Origin: the human T2T-CHM13v2.0 reference genome, Homo sapiens
Assembly: GCF_009914755.1 (NCBI RefSeq)
Contig: NC_060933.1
Strand: one strand, 5' to 3'
Length of the DNA: 64,000 bases
Shown: positions 26,556-39,318 of the stretch, one piece after another
Position numbering within the stretch: the stretch's first letter is position 1
Layout of the letters: each line of letters opens with the position of its first letter
Made by a program: the position numbers and the translations under genes
Notes under the pieces: model-generated
Seen by the model: the letters and a program-made list of their open reading frames with translations, nothing else
The model's database searches: none
Told to the model about the DNA's origin: nothing

Positions 26556-29500
26556 AGAAGCATTCTCAGAAACTTCCTTGTGATGTGTGTACTCAAGTAA
26601 CAGAGTTGAACCTTCCTTTTGACAGAGCAGTTTTGAAGCACTCTTTTTGTAGAATCTGCAAGTGGATATTTTGATACCTTTGAGGATTTCGTTGGACACG
26701 GGATATCTTCATATAAAATCTAGACAGAAGCATTCTCAGAAACTTCTTTGTGCTGTATGTCCTCAATTAACAGAGTTGAACCTTTGTGTGGATACAGCAT
26801 TTTGGAAACATTCCTTTAGTAGAATCTGCAAGTTGATATTTAGATAGCTAGGAAGATTTCCTTGGAAACGGGAATATCTTCATATAAAATCTAGACGGAA
26901 GCATTCTCAGAAAGTGCTTTGTGATGTTTGCATTCAAGTCACAGAGTAGAATGTTCCCTTTTATAGAGCAGGTTTGAAACACTCTTTCTGCACTACCTGG
27001 AAGTGGACATTTGGAGCGCTTTGAGGCCTATGTTGAAAAAGGAAATATCTTCCCATAAAAACTAGACAGAAGCATTCTCAGAAACTTGTTTGTGATGTGT
27101 GTATTCAACTAACAGAGATGAACCTTTCTTTTTACAGAGCAGTTTTGAAACACTCTTTTTGTGGAATCTGAAAGTGGATATTTGGATAGCTTTGAGGATT
27201 TCGTTGGAAACGGGATTACATATAAAACCTAGAGAGAAGCATTCTCAGGAACTTCTTTGTGATGTTTGCCTTCAAGTCACAGGACTGAACATTCCCTTTC
27301 ATAGAGCAGGTTTGAAACACTCTTTCTGTAGTATCTGCAAGCTGACGTTTCAAGCGCTTTCAGGCCTATGGTGACAAAGGAAATATCTTCAAGTAAAAAC
27401 TAGACAGAAGCATTCTCAGAAACTTATTTGCGATGTGTGTTCTCAACTAACAGAGTTGAACCTTTGTTTTGATATGGCATTTTGGAAACACTCTTTTTGT
27501 AGAATCTGCAGGTGGATATTCGGATAGCTTTGAAGGTTTCGTTGGAAACGGGAATATCTTCATATAAAATCTAGACGGAAGCATTCTCAGAAACTGCTTT
27601 GTGATGTTTTCATTCAAGTCACAGAGTAGAATGTTCCCTGTTATATACCAGGTTTGAGACACTCTTTCTGCACTACCTGGAAGTGGACGTTTGGAGCGCT
27701 TTGAGGCCTATGTTGAAAAAGGAAATATCTTCCCATAAAAACTAGACAGAAGCATTCTCAGAAACTTGTTTGTGATGTGTGTATTCAACTAACAGAGATG
27801 AACCTTTCTTTTTACAGAGCAGTTTTGAAACACTCTTTTTGTGGAATCTGAAAGTGGATATTTGGATAGCTTTGAGGATTTCGTTGGAAACGGGATTACA
27901 TATAAAACCTAGAGAGAAGCATTCTCAGGAACTTCTTTGTGATGTTTGCATTCAAGTCACAGAACTCAACATTCCCTTTCATAGAGCAGGTTTGAAACAC
28001 TCTTTCTGTAGTATCTGCAAGCTGACGTTTCAAGCGCTTTCAGGCCTATGGTGAGAAAGGAAATATCTTCAAGTAAAAACTAGACAGAAGCATTCTCAGA
28101 AACTTATTTGCGATGTGTGTTCTCAACTAACAGAGTTGAACCTTTGTTTTGATATGGCATTTTGGAAACACTCTTTTTGTAGAATCTGCAGGTGGATATT
28201 CGGATAGCTTTGAAGGTTTCGTTGGAAACGGGAATATCTTCATATAAAATCTAGACGGAAGCATTCTCAGAAACTGCTTTGTGATGTTTTCATTCAAGTC
28301 ACAGAGTAGAATGTTCCCTGTTATATACGAGGTTTGAGACACTCTTTCTGCACTACCTGGAAGTGGACATTTGCAGCGCTTTGAGGCCTATGATGAAAAA
28401 GGAAATATCTTCCCATAAAAACTAGACAGAAGCATTCTCAGAAACTTGTTTTTGATGTGTGTATTCAACTAACAGAGATGAACCTTTCTTTTTACAGAGC
28501 AGTTTTGAAACACTCTTTTTGTGGAATCTGAAAGTGGATATTTGGATAGCTTTGAGGATTTCCTTGGAAACGGGATTACATATAAAATCTAGAGAGAAGC
28601 ATTCTCAGGAACTTCTTTGTGATGTTTGCATTCACGTCACAGAACTGAACATTCCCTTTCATAGAGCATGTTTGAAACACTCTTTCTGTAGTATCTGCAA
28701 ACGGACATTTCAAACGCTTTCAGGCCTATGGTGAGAAAGGAAATATCTTCAAATAAAAACTAGACAGAAGCATTCTCAGAAACTTATTTGCGATGTGTGT
28801 CCTCAACTAACAGAGTTGAACCTTTCTTTTGATACAACATTTTGGAAACACTCTTTTTGTAGAATCTGCAAGTGGATATTTGAATAGCTTTGAAGGTTTC
28901 GTTGGAAACGGGAATATCTTCATATAAAATCAAGACAGAAGCATTCTCAGAAACTTCTCTGTGATGTTTGCATTCAACTCATAGAGTTGAACACTTCCCT
29001 TCATACAGCAGGTTTGAAACACTCTTTTTGTAATATTTGGAAGTGGACATTTGCAGCGCTTTGAGGCCTATGATGAAAAAGGAAATATCTTCCCATAAAA
29101 ACTAGACAGAAGCATTCTCAGAAACTTGTTTGTGATGTGTGTATTCAACTAACAGAGATGAACCTTTCTTTTTACAGAGCAGTTTTGAAACACTCTTTTT
29201 GTGGAATCTGAAAGTGGATATTTGGATAGCTTTGCGGATTTCGTTGGAAACGGGATTACATATAAAATCTAGGGAGAAGCATTCTCAGGAACTTCTTTGT
29301 GATGTTTGCATTCAAGTCACAGAACTGAACATTCCCTTTCATAGAGCAGGTTTGAAACACTCTTTCTGTAGTATCTGCAAGCGGACGTTTTAAGCGCTTT
29401 CAGGCCTGTGGTGAGAAAGGAAATATCTTCAAATAAAAACTAGACAGAAGCATTCTCAGAAACTTATTTGCGATGTGTGTCCTCAACTAACAGAGTTGAA

Positions 29501-29787
29501 CCTTTCTTTTGATACAACATTTTGGAAACACTCTTTTTGTAGAATCTGCAAGTGGATATTTGGATAGCTTTGAAGGTTTCGTTGGAAACGGGAATATCTT
29601 CATATGAAATCAAGACAGAAGCATTCTCAGAAACTTCTCTGTGATGTTTGCATTCAACTCATAGAGTTGAACACTTCCCTTCATACAGCAGGTTTGAAAC
29701 ACTCTTTTTCTAATATTTGGAAGTGGACATTTGCAGCGCTTTGAGGCCTATGTTGAAAAAGGAAATATCTTCTCCTAAAAACCAGAC
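26556..29787 (+). repeat. Full-length 19-mer HOR (3232 bp)
   Basis: Marker spacing 26662->29894 = 3232, with tetramers at 27099, 27779, 28459 and 29139. Confidence 0.92.
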
Positions 29788-32700
29788 AGAAGCATTCTCA
29801 GAAACTTCCTTGTGATGTGTGTACTCAAGTAACAGAGTTGAACCTTCCTTTTGACAGAGCAGTTTTGAAGCACTCTTTTTGTAGAATCTGCAAGTGGATA
29901 TTTTGATACCATTGAGGATTTCGTTGGACACGGGATATCTTCATATAAAATCTAGACAGAAGCATTCTCAGAAACTTCTTTGTGCTGTATGTCCTCAATT
30001 AACAGAGTTGAACCTTTGTGTGGATACAGCATTTTGGAAACATTCCTTTAGTAGAATCTGCAAGTTGATATTTAGATAGCTAGGAAGAGTTCCTTGGAAA
30101 CGGGAATATCTTCATATAAAATCTAGACGGAAGCATTCTCAGAAAGTGCTTTGTGATGTTTGCATTCAAGTCACAGAGTTGAATGTTCCCTTTTATAGAG
30201 CAGGTTTGAAACACTCTTTCTGCACTACCTGGAAGTGGACATTTGGAGCGCTTTGAGGCCTATGTTGAAAAAGGAAATATCTTCCCATAAAAACTAGACA
30301 GAAGCATTCTCAGAAACTTGTTTGTGATGTGTGTATTCAACTAACAGAGATGAACCTTTCTTTTTACAGAGCAGTTTTGAAACACTCTTTTTGTGGAATC
30401 TGAAAGTGGATATTTGGATAGCTTTGAGGATTTCGTTGGAAACGGGATTACATATAAAACCTAGAGAGAAGCATTCTCAGGAACTTCTTTGTGATGTTTG
30501 CATTCAAGTCACAGAACTGAACATTCCCTTTCATAGAGCAGGTTTGAAACACTCTTTCTGTAGTATCTGCAAGCTGACGTTTCAAGCGCTTTCAGGCCTA
30601 TGGTGAGAAAGGAAATATCTTCAAGTAAAAACTAGACAGAAGCATTCTCAGAAACTTATTTGCGATGTGTGTTCTCAACTAACAGAGTTGAACCTTTGTT
30701 TTGATATGGCATTTTGGAAACACTCTTTTTGTAGAATCTGCAGGTGGATATTCGGATAGCTTTGAAGGTGTCGTTGGAAACGGGAATATCTTCATATAAA
30801 ATCTAGACGGAAGCATTCTCAGAAACTGCTTTGTGATGTTTTCATTCAAGTCACAGAGTAGAATGTTCCCTGTTATATACCAGGTTTGAGACACTCTTTC
30901 TGCACTACCTGGAAGTGGACATTTGCAGCGCTTTGAGGCCTATGATGAAAAAGGAAATATCTTCCCATAAAAACTAGACAGAAGCATTCTCAGAAACTTG
31001 TTTGTGATGTGTGTATTCAACTAACAGAGATGAACCTTTCTTTTTACAGAGCAGTTTTGAAACACTCTTTTTGTGGAATCTGAAAGTGGATATTTGGATA
31101 GCTTTGAGGATTTCGTTGGAAACGGGATTACATATAAAATCTAGAGAGAAGCATTCTCAGGAACTTCTTTGTGATGTTTGCATTCACGTCACAGAACTGA
31201 ACATTCCCTTTCATAGAGCAGGTTTGAAACACTCTTTCTGTAGTATCTGCAAGCGGACGTTTTAAGCGCTTTCAGGCCTGTGGTGAGAAAGGAAATATCT
31301 TCAAATAAAAACTAGACAGAAGCATTCTCAGAAACTTATTTGCGATGTGTGTCCTCAACTAACAGAGTTGAACCTTTCTTTTGATACAACATTTTGGAAA
31401 CACTCTTTTTGTAGAATCTGCAAGTGGATATTTGCATAGCTTTGAAGGTTTCGTTGGAAACGGGAATATCTTCATATAAAATCAAGACAGAAGCATTCTC
31501 AGAAACTTCTCTGTGATGTTTGCATTCAACTCATAGAGTTGAACACTTCCCTTCATACAGCAGGTTTGAAACACTCTTTTTGTAATATTTGGAAGTGGAC
31601 ATTTGCAGCGCTTTGAGGCCTATGTTGAAAAAGGAAATATCTTCTCCTAAAAACCAGACAGAAGCATTCTCAGAAACTTCCTTGTGATGTGTGTACTCAA
31701 GTAACAGACTTGAACCTTCCTTTTGACAGAGCAGTTTTGAAGCACTCTTTTTGTAGAATCTGCAAGTGGATATTTTGATACCTTTGAGGATTTCATTGGA
31801 CACGGGATATCTTCATATAAAATCTAGACAGAAGCATTCTCAGAAACTTCTTTGTGCTGTATGTCCTCAATTAACAGAGTTGAACCTTTGTGTGGATACA
31901 GCATTTTGGAAACATTCCTTTAGTAGAATCTGCAAGTTGATATTTAGATAGCTAGGAAGATTTCCTTGGAAACGGGAATATCTTCATATAAAATCTAGAC
32001 GGAAGCATTCTCAGAAAGTGCTTTGTGATGTTTGCATTCAAGTCACAGAGTTGAATATTCCCTTTTATAGAGCAGGTTTGAAACACTCTTTCTGCACTAC
32101 CTGGAAGTGGACATTTGGAGCGCTTTGAGGCCTATGTTGAAAAAGGAAATATCTTCCCATAAAAACTAGACAGAAGCATTCTCAGAAACTTGTTTGTGAT
32201 GTGTGTATTCAACTAACAGAGATGAACCTTTCTTTTTACAGAGCAGTTTTGAAACACTCTTTTTGTGGAATCTGAAAGTGGATATTTGGATAGCTTTGAG
32301 GATTTCGTTGGAAACGGGATTACATATAAAACCTAGAGAGAAGCATTCTCAGGAACTTCTTTGTGATGTTTGCCTTCAAGTCACAGGACTGAACATTCCC
32401 TTTCATAGAGCAGGTTTGAAACACTCTTTCTGTAGTATCTGCAAGCTGACGTTTCAAGCGCTTTCAGGCCTATGGTGAGAAAGGAAATATCTTCAAGTAA
32501 AAACTAGACAGAAGCATTCTCAGAAACTTATTTGCGATGTGTGTCCTCAACTAACAGAGTTGAACCTTTCTTTTGATACAACATTTTGGAAACACTCTTT
32601 TTGTGGAATCTGCAAGTGGATATTTGGATAGCTTTGAAGGTTTCGTTGGAAACGGGAATATCTTCATATAAAATCAAGACAGAAGCATTCTCAGAAACTT

Positions 32701-35700
32701 CTCTGTGATGTTTGCATTCAACTCATAGAGTTGAACACTTCCCTTCATACAGCAGGTTTGAAACACTCTTTTTGTAATATTTGGAAGTGGACATTTGCAG
32801 CGCTTTGAGGCCTATGATGAAAAAGGTAATATCTTCCCATAAAAACTAGACAGAAGCATTCTCAGAAACTTGTTTGTGATGTGTGTATTCAACTAACAGA
32901 GATGAACCTTTCTTTTTACAGAGCAGTTTTGAAACACTCTTTTTGTGGAATCTGAAAGTGGATATTTGGATAGCTTTGCGGATTTCGTTGGAAACGGGAT
33001 TACATATAAAATCTAGGGAGAAGCATTCTCAGGAACTTCTTTGTGATGTTTGCATTCAAGTCACAGAACTGAACATTCCCTTTCATAGAGCAGGTTTGAA
33101 ACACTCTTTCTGTAGTATCTGCAAGCGGACGTTTTAAGCGCTTTCAGGCCTGTGGTGAGAAAGGCAATATCTTCAAATAAAAACTAGACAGAAGCATTCT
33201 CAGAAACTTATTTGCGATGTGTGTCCTCAACTAACAGAGTTGAACCTTTCTTTTGATACAACATTTTGGAAACACTCTTTTTGTAGAATCTGCAAGTGGA
33301 TATTTGGATAGCTTTGAAGGTTTCGTTGGAAACGGGAATATCTTCATATGAAATCAAGACAGAAGCATTCTCAGAAACTTCTCTGTGATGTTTGCATTCA
33401 ACTCATAGAGTTGAACACTTCTCTTCATACAGCAGGTTTGAAACACTCTTTTTCTAATATTTGGAAGTGGACATTTGCAGCGCTTTGAGGCCTATGTTGA
33501 AAAAGGAAATATCTTCTCCTAAAAACCATACAGAAGCATTCTCAGAAACTTCCTTGTGATGTGTGTACTCAAGTAACAGAGTTGAACCTTCCTTTTGACA
33601 GAGCAGTTTTGAAGCACTCTTTTTGTAGAATCTGCAAGTGGATATTTTGATACCATTGAGGATTTCGTTGGACACGGGATATCTTCATATAAAATCTAGA
33701 CAGAAGCATTCTCAGAAACTTCTTTGTGCTGTATGTCCTCAATTAACAGAGTTGAACCTTTGTGTGGATACAGCATTTTGGAAACATTCCTTTAGTAGAA
33801 TCTGCAAGTTGATATTTAGATAGCTAGGAAGAGTTCCTTGGAAACGGGAATATCTTCATATAAAATCTAGACGGAAGCATTCTCAGAAAGTGCTTTGTGA
33901 TGTTTGCATTCAAGTCACAGAGTTGAATGTTCCCTTTTATAGAGCAGGTTTGAAACACTCTTTCTGCACTACCTGGAAGTGGACATTTGGAGCGCTTTGA
34001 GGCCTATGTTGAAAAAGGAAATATCTTCCCATAAAAACTAGACAGAAGCATTCTCAGAAACTTGTTTGTGATGTGTGTATTCAACTAACAGAGATGAACC
34101 TTTCTTTTTACAGAGCAGTTTTGAAACACTCTTTTTGTGGAATCTGAAAGTGGATATTTGGATAGCTTTGAGGATTTCGTTGGAAACGGGATTACATGTA
34201 AAACCTAGAGAGAAGCATTCTCAGGAACTTCTTTGTGATGTTTGCATTCAAGTCACAGAACTGAACATTCCCTTTCATAGAGCAGGTTTGAAACACTCTT
34301 TCTGTAGTATCTGCAAGCTGACGTTTCAAGCGCTTTCAGGCCTATGGTGAGAAAGGAAATATCTTCAAGTAAAAACTAGACAGAAGCATTCTCAGAAACT
34401 TATTTGCGATGTGTGTTCTCAACTAACAGAGTTGAACCTTTGTTTTGATATGGCATTTTGGAAACACTCTTTTTGTAGAATCTGCAGGTGGATATTCGGA
34501 TAGCTTTGAAGGTTTCGTTGGAAACGGGAATATCTTCATATAAAATCTAGACGGAAGCATTCTCAGAAACTGCTTTGTGATGTTTTCATTCAAGTCACAG
34601 AGTAGAATGTTCCCTGTTATATACCAGGTTTGAGACACTCTTTCTGCACTACCTGGAAGTGGACATTTGCAGCGCTTTGAGGCCTATGATGAAAAAGGAA
34701 ATATCTTCCCATAAAAACTAGACAGAAGCATTCTCAGAAACTTGTTTGTGATGTGTGTATTCAACTAACAGAGATGAACCTTTCTTTTTACAGAGCAGTT
34801 TTGAAACACTCTTTTTGTGGAATCTGAAAGTGGATATTTGGATAGCTTTGAGGATTTCGTTGGAAACGGGATTACATATAAAATCTAGAGAGAAGCATTC
34901 TCAGGAACTTCTTTGTGATGTTTGCATTCACGTCACAGAACTGAACATTCCCTTTCATAGAGCATGTTTGAAACACTCTTTCTGTAGTATCTACAAACGG
35001 ACATTTCAAACGCTTTCAGGCCTATGGTGAGAAAGGAAATATCTTCAAATAAAAACTAGACAGAAGCATTCTCAGAAACTTATTTGCGATGTGTGTCCTC
35101 AACTAACAGAGTTGAACCTTTCTTTTGATACAACATTTTGGAAACACTCTTTTTGTAGAATCTGCAAGTGGATATTTGAATAGCTTTGAAGGTTTCGTTG
35201 GAAACGGGAATATCTTCATATAAAATCAAGACAGAAGCATTCTCAGAAACTTCTCTGTGATGTTTGCATTCAACTCATAGAGTTGAACACTTCCCTTCAT
35301 ACAGCAGGTTTGAAACACTCTTTTTGTAACATTTGGAAGTGGACATTTGCAGCGCTTTGAGGCCTATGTTGAAAAAGGAAATATCTTCTCCTAAAAACCA
35401 GACAGAAGCATTCTCAGAAACTTCCTTGTGATGTGTGTACTCAAGTAACAGAGTTGAACCTTCCTTTTGACAGAGCAGTTTTGAAGCACTCTTTTTGTAG
35501 AATCTGCAAGTGGATATTTTGATACCTTTGAGGATTTCGTTGGACACGGGATATCTTCATATAAAATCTAGACAGAAGCATTCTCAGAAACTTCTTTGTG
35601 CTGTATGTCCTCAATTAACAGAGTTGAACCTTTGTGTGGATACAGCATTTTGGAAACATTCCTTTAGTAGAATCTGCAAGTTGATGTTTAGATAGCTAGG

Positions 35701-37275
35701 AAGATTTCCTTGGAAACGGGAATATCTTCATATAAAATCTAGACGGAAGCATTCTCAGAAAGTGCTTTGTGATGTTTGCATTCAAGTCACAGAGTTGAAT
35801 ATTCCCTTTTATAGAGCAGGTTTGAAACACTCTTTCTGCACTACCTGGAAGTGGACATTTGGAGCGCTTTGAGGCCTATGTTGAAAAAGGAAATATCTTC
35901 CCATAAAAACTAGACAGAAGCATTCTCAGAAACTTGTTTGTGATGTGTGTATTCAACTAACAGAGATGAACCTTTCTTTTTACAGAGCAGTTTTGAAACA
36001 CTCTTTTTGTGGAATCTGAAAGTGGATATTTGGATAGCTTTGAGGATTTCGTTGGAAACGGGATTACATATAAAACCTAGAGAGAAGCATTCTCAGGAAC
36101 TTCTTTGTGATGTTTGCCTTCAAGTCACAGGACTGAACATTCCCTTTCATAGAGCAGGTTTGAAACACTCTTTCTGTAGTATCTGCAAGCTGACGTTTCA
36201 AGCGCTTTCAGGCCTATGGTGAGAAAGGAAATATCTTCAAGTAAAAACTAGACAGAAGCATTCTCAGAAACTTATTTGCCATGTGTGTTCTCAACTAACA
36301 GAGTTGAACCTTTGTTTTGATACGGCATTTTGGAAACACTCTTTTTGTAGAATCTGCAGGTGGATATTCGGATAGCTTTGAAGGTTTCGTTGGAAACGGG
36401 AATATCTTCATATAAAATCTTGACGGAAGCATTCTCAGAAACTGCTTTGTGATGTTTTCATTCAAGTCACAGAGTAGAATCTTCCCTGTTATATACCAGG
36501 TTTCAGACACTCTTTCTGCACTACCTGGAAGTGGACATTTGCAGCGCTTTGAGGCCTATGATGAAAAAGGAAATATCTTCCCATAAAAACTAGACAGAAG
36601 CATTCTCAGAAACTTGTTTGTGATGTGTGTATTCAACTAACAGAGATGAACCTTTCTTTTTACAGAGCAGTTTTGAAACACTCTTTTTGTGGAATCTGAA
36701 AGTGGATATTTGGATAGCTTTGAGGATTTCGTTGGAAACGGGATTACATATAAAATCTAGAGAGAAGCATTCTCAGGAACTTCTTTGTGATGTTTGCATT
36801 CACGTCACAGAACTGAACATTCCCTTTCATAGAGCATGTTTGAAACACTCTTTCTGTAGTATCTGCAAACGGACATTTCAAACGCTTTCAGGCCTATGGT
36901 GAGAAAGGAAATATCTTCAAATAAAAACTAGACAGAAGCATTCTCAGAAACTTATTTGCGATGTGTGTCCTCAACTAACAGAGTTGAACCTTTCTTTTGA
37001 TACAACATTTTGGAAACACTCTTTTTGTGGAATCTGCAAGTGGATATTTGGATAGCTTTGAAGGTTTCGTTGGAAACGGGAATATCTTCATATAAAATCA
37101 AGACAGAAGCATTCTCAGAAACTTCTCTGTGATGTTTGCATTCAACTCATAGAGTTGAACACTTCCCTTCATACAGCAGGTTTGAAACACTCTTTTTCTA
37201 ATATTTGGAAGTGGACTTTTGCAGCGCTTTGAAGCCTATGATGAAAAAGGTAATATCTTCCCATAAAAACTAGAA

Positions 37276-39318
37276 AGAAGCATTCTCAGAAACTTGTTTG
37301 TGATGTGTGTATTCAACTAACAGAGATGAACCTTTCTTTTTACAGAGCAGTATTGAAGCACTCTTTTTGTAGAATCTGCAAGTGGATATTTTGATACCAT
37401 TGAGGATTTCGTTGGACACGGGATATCTTCATATAAAATCTAGACAGAAGCATTCTCAGAAACTTCTTTGTGCTGTATGTCCTCAATTAACAGAGTTGAA
37501 CCTTTGTGTGGATACAGCATTTTGGAAACATTCCTTTAGTAGAATCTGCAAGTTGATATTTAGATAGCTAGGAAGAGTTCCTTGGAAACGGGAATATCTT
37601 CATATAAAATCTAGACGGAAGCATTCTCAGAAAGTGCTTTGTGATGTTTGCATTCAAGTCACAGAGTTGAATGTTCCCTTTTATAGAGCAGGTTTGAAAC
37701 ACTCTTTCTGCACTACCTGGAAGTGGACATTTGGAGTGCTTTGAGGCCTATGTTGAAAAAGGAAATATCTTCCCATAAAAACTAGACAGAAGCATTCTCA
37801 GAAACTTCTTTGTGATGTTTGCATTCAAGTCACAGAACTGAACATTCCCTTTCATAGAGCAGGTTTGAAACACTCTTTCTGTAGTATCTGCAAGCTGACG
37901 TTTCAAGCGCTTTCAGGCCTATGGTGAGAAAGGAAATATCTTCCCATAAAAACTAGACAGAAGCATTCTCAGAAACTTGTTTGTGATGTGTGTATTCAAC
38001 TAACAGAGATGAACCTTTCTTTTTACAGAGCAGTTTTGAAACACTCTTTTTGTGGAATCTGAAAGTGGATATTTGGATAGCTTTGAGGATTTCGTTGGAA
38101 ACGGGATTACATATAAAACCTAGAGAGAAGCATTCTCAGGAACTTCTTTGTGATGTTTGCATTCAAGTCACAGCACTGAACATTCCCTTTCATAGAGCAG
38201 GTTTGAAACACTCTTTCTGTAGTATCTGCAAGCTGACGTTTCAAGCGCTTTCAGGCCTATGGTGAGAAAGGAAATATCTTCAACTAAAAACTAGACAGAA
38301 GCATTCTCAGAAACTTATTTGCGATGTGTGTTCTCAACTAACAGAGTTGAACCTTTGTTTTGATATGGCATTTTGGAAACACTCTTTTTGTAGAATCTGC
38401 AGGTGGATATTCGGATAGCTTTGAAGGTTTCGTTGGAAACGGGAATATCTTCATATAAAATCTAGACGGAAGCATTCTCAGAAACTGCTTTGTGATGTTT
38501 TCATTCAAGTCACAGAGTAGAATGTTCCCTGTTATATACCAGGTTTGAGACACTCTTTCTGCACTACCTGGAAGTGGACATTTGCAGCGCTTTGAGGCCT
38601 ATGATGAAAAAGGAAATATCTTCCCATAAAAACTAGACAGAAGCATTCTCAGAAACTTGTTTGTGATGTGTGTATTCAACTAACAGAGATGAACCTTTCT
38701 TTTTACAGAGCAGTTTTGAAACACTCTTTTTGTGGAATCTGAAAGTGGATATTTGGATAGCTTTGAGGATTTCGTTGGAAACGGGATTACATATAAAATC
38801 TAGAGAGAAGCATTCTCAGGAACTTCTTTGTGATGTTTGCATTCACGTCACAGAACTGAACATTCCCTTTCATAGAGCATGTTTGAAACACTCTTTCTGT
38901 AGTATCTACAAACGGACATTTCAAACGCTTTCAGGCCTATGGTGAGAAAGGAAATATCTTCAAATAAAAACTAGACAGAAGCATTCTCAGAAACTTATTT
39001 GCGATGTGTGTCCTCAACTAACAGAGTTGAACCTTTCTTTTGATACAACATTTTGGAAACACTCTTTTTGTAGAATCTGCAAGTGGATATTTGCATAGCT
39101 TTGAAGGTTTCGTTGGAAACGGGAATATCTTCATATAAAATCAAGACAGAAGCATTCTCAGAAACTTCTCTGTGATGTTTGCATTCAACTCATAGAGTTG
39201 AACACTTCCCTTCATACAGCAGGTTTGAAACACTCTTTTTGTAATATTTGGAAGTGGACATTTGCAGCGCTTTGAGGCCTATGTTGAAAAAGGAAATATC
39301 TTCTCCTAAAAACCAGAC
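37276..39318 (+). repeat. Unique 12-mer HOR variant (2043 bp = 11-mer + one extra 171-bp A-type monomer)
   Basis: Marker spacing 37382->39425 = 2043. The extra monomer lies at 37788-37958. Confidence 0.9.
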
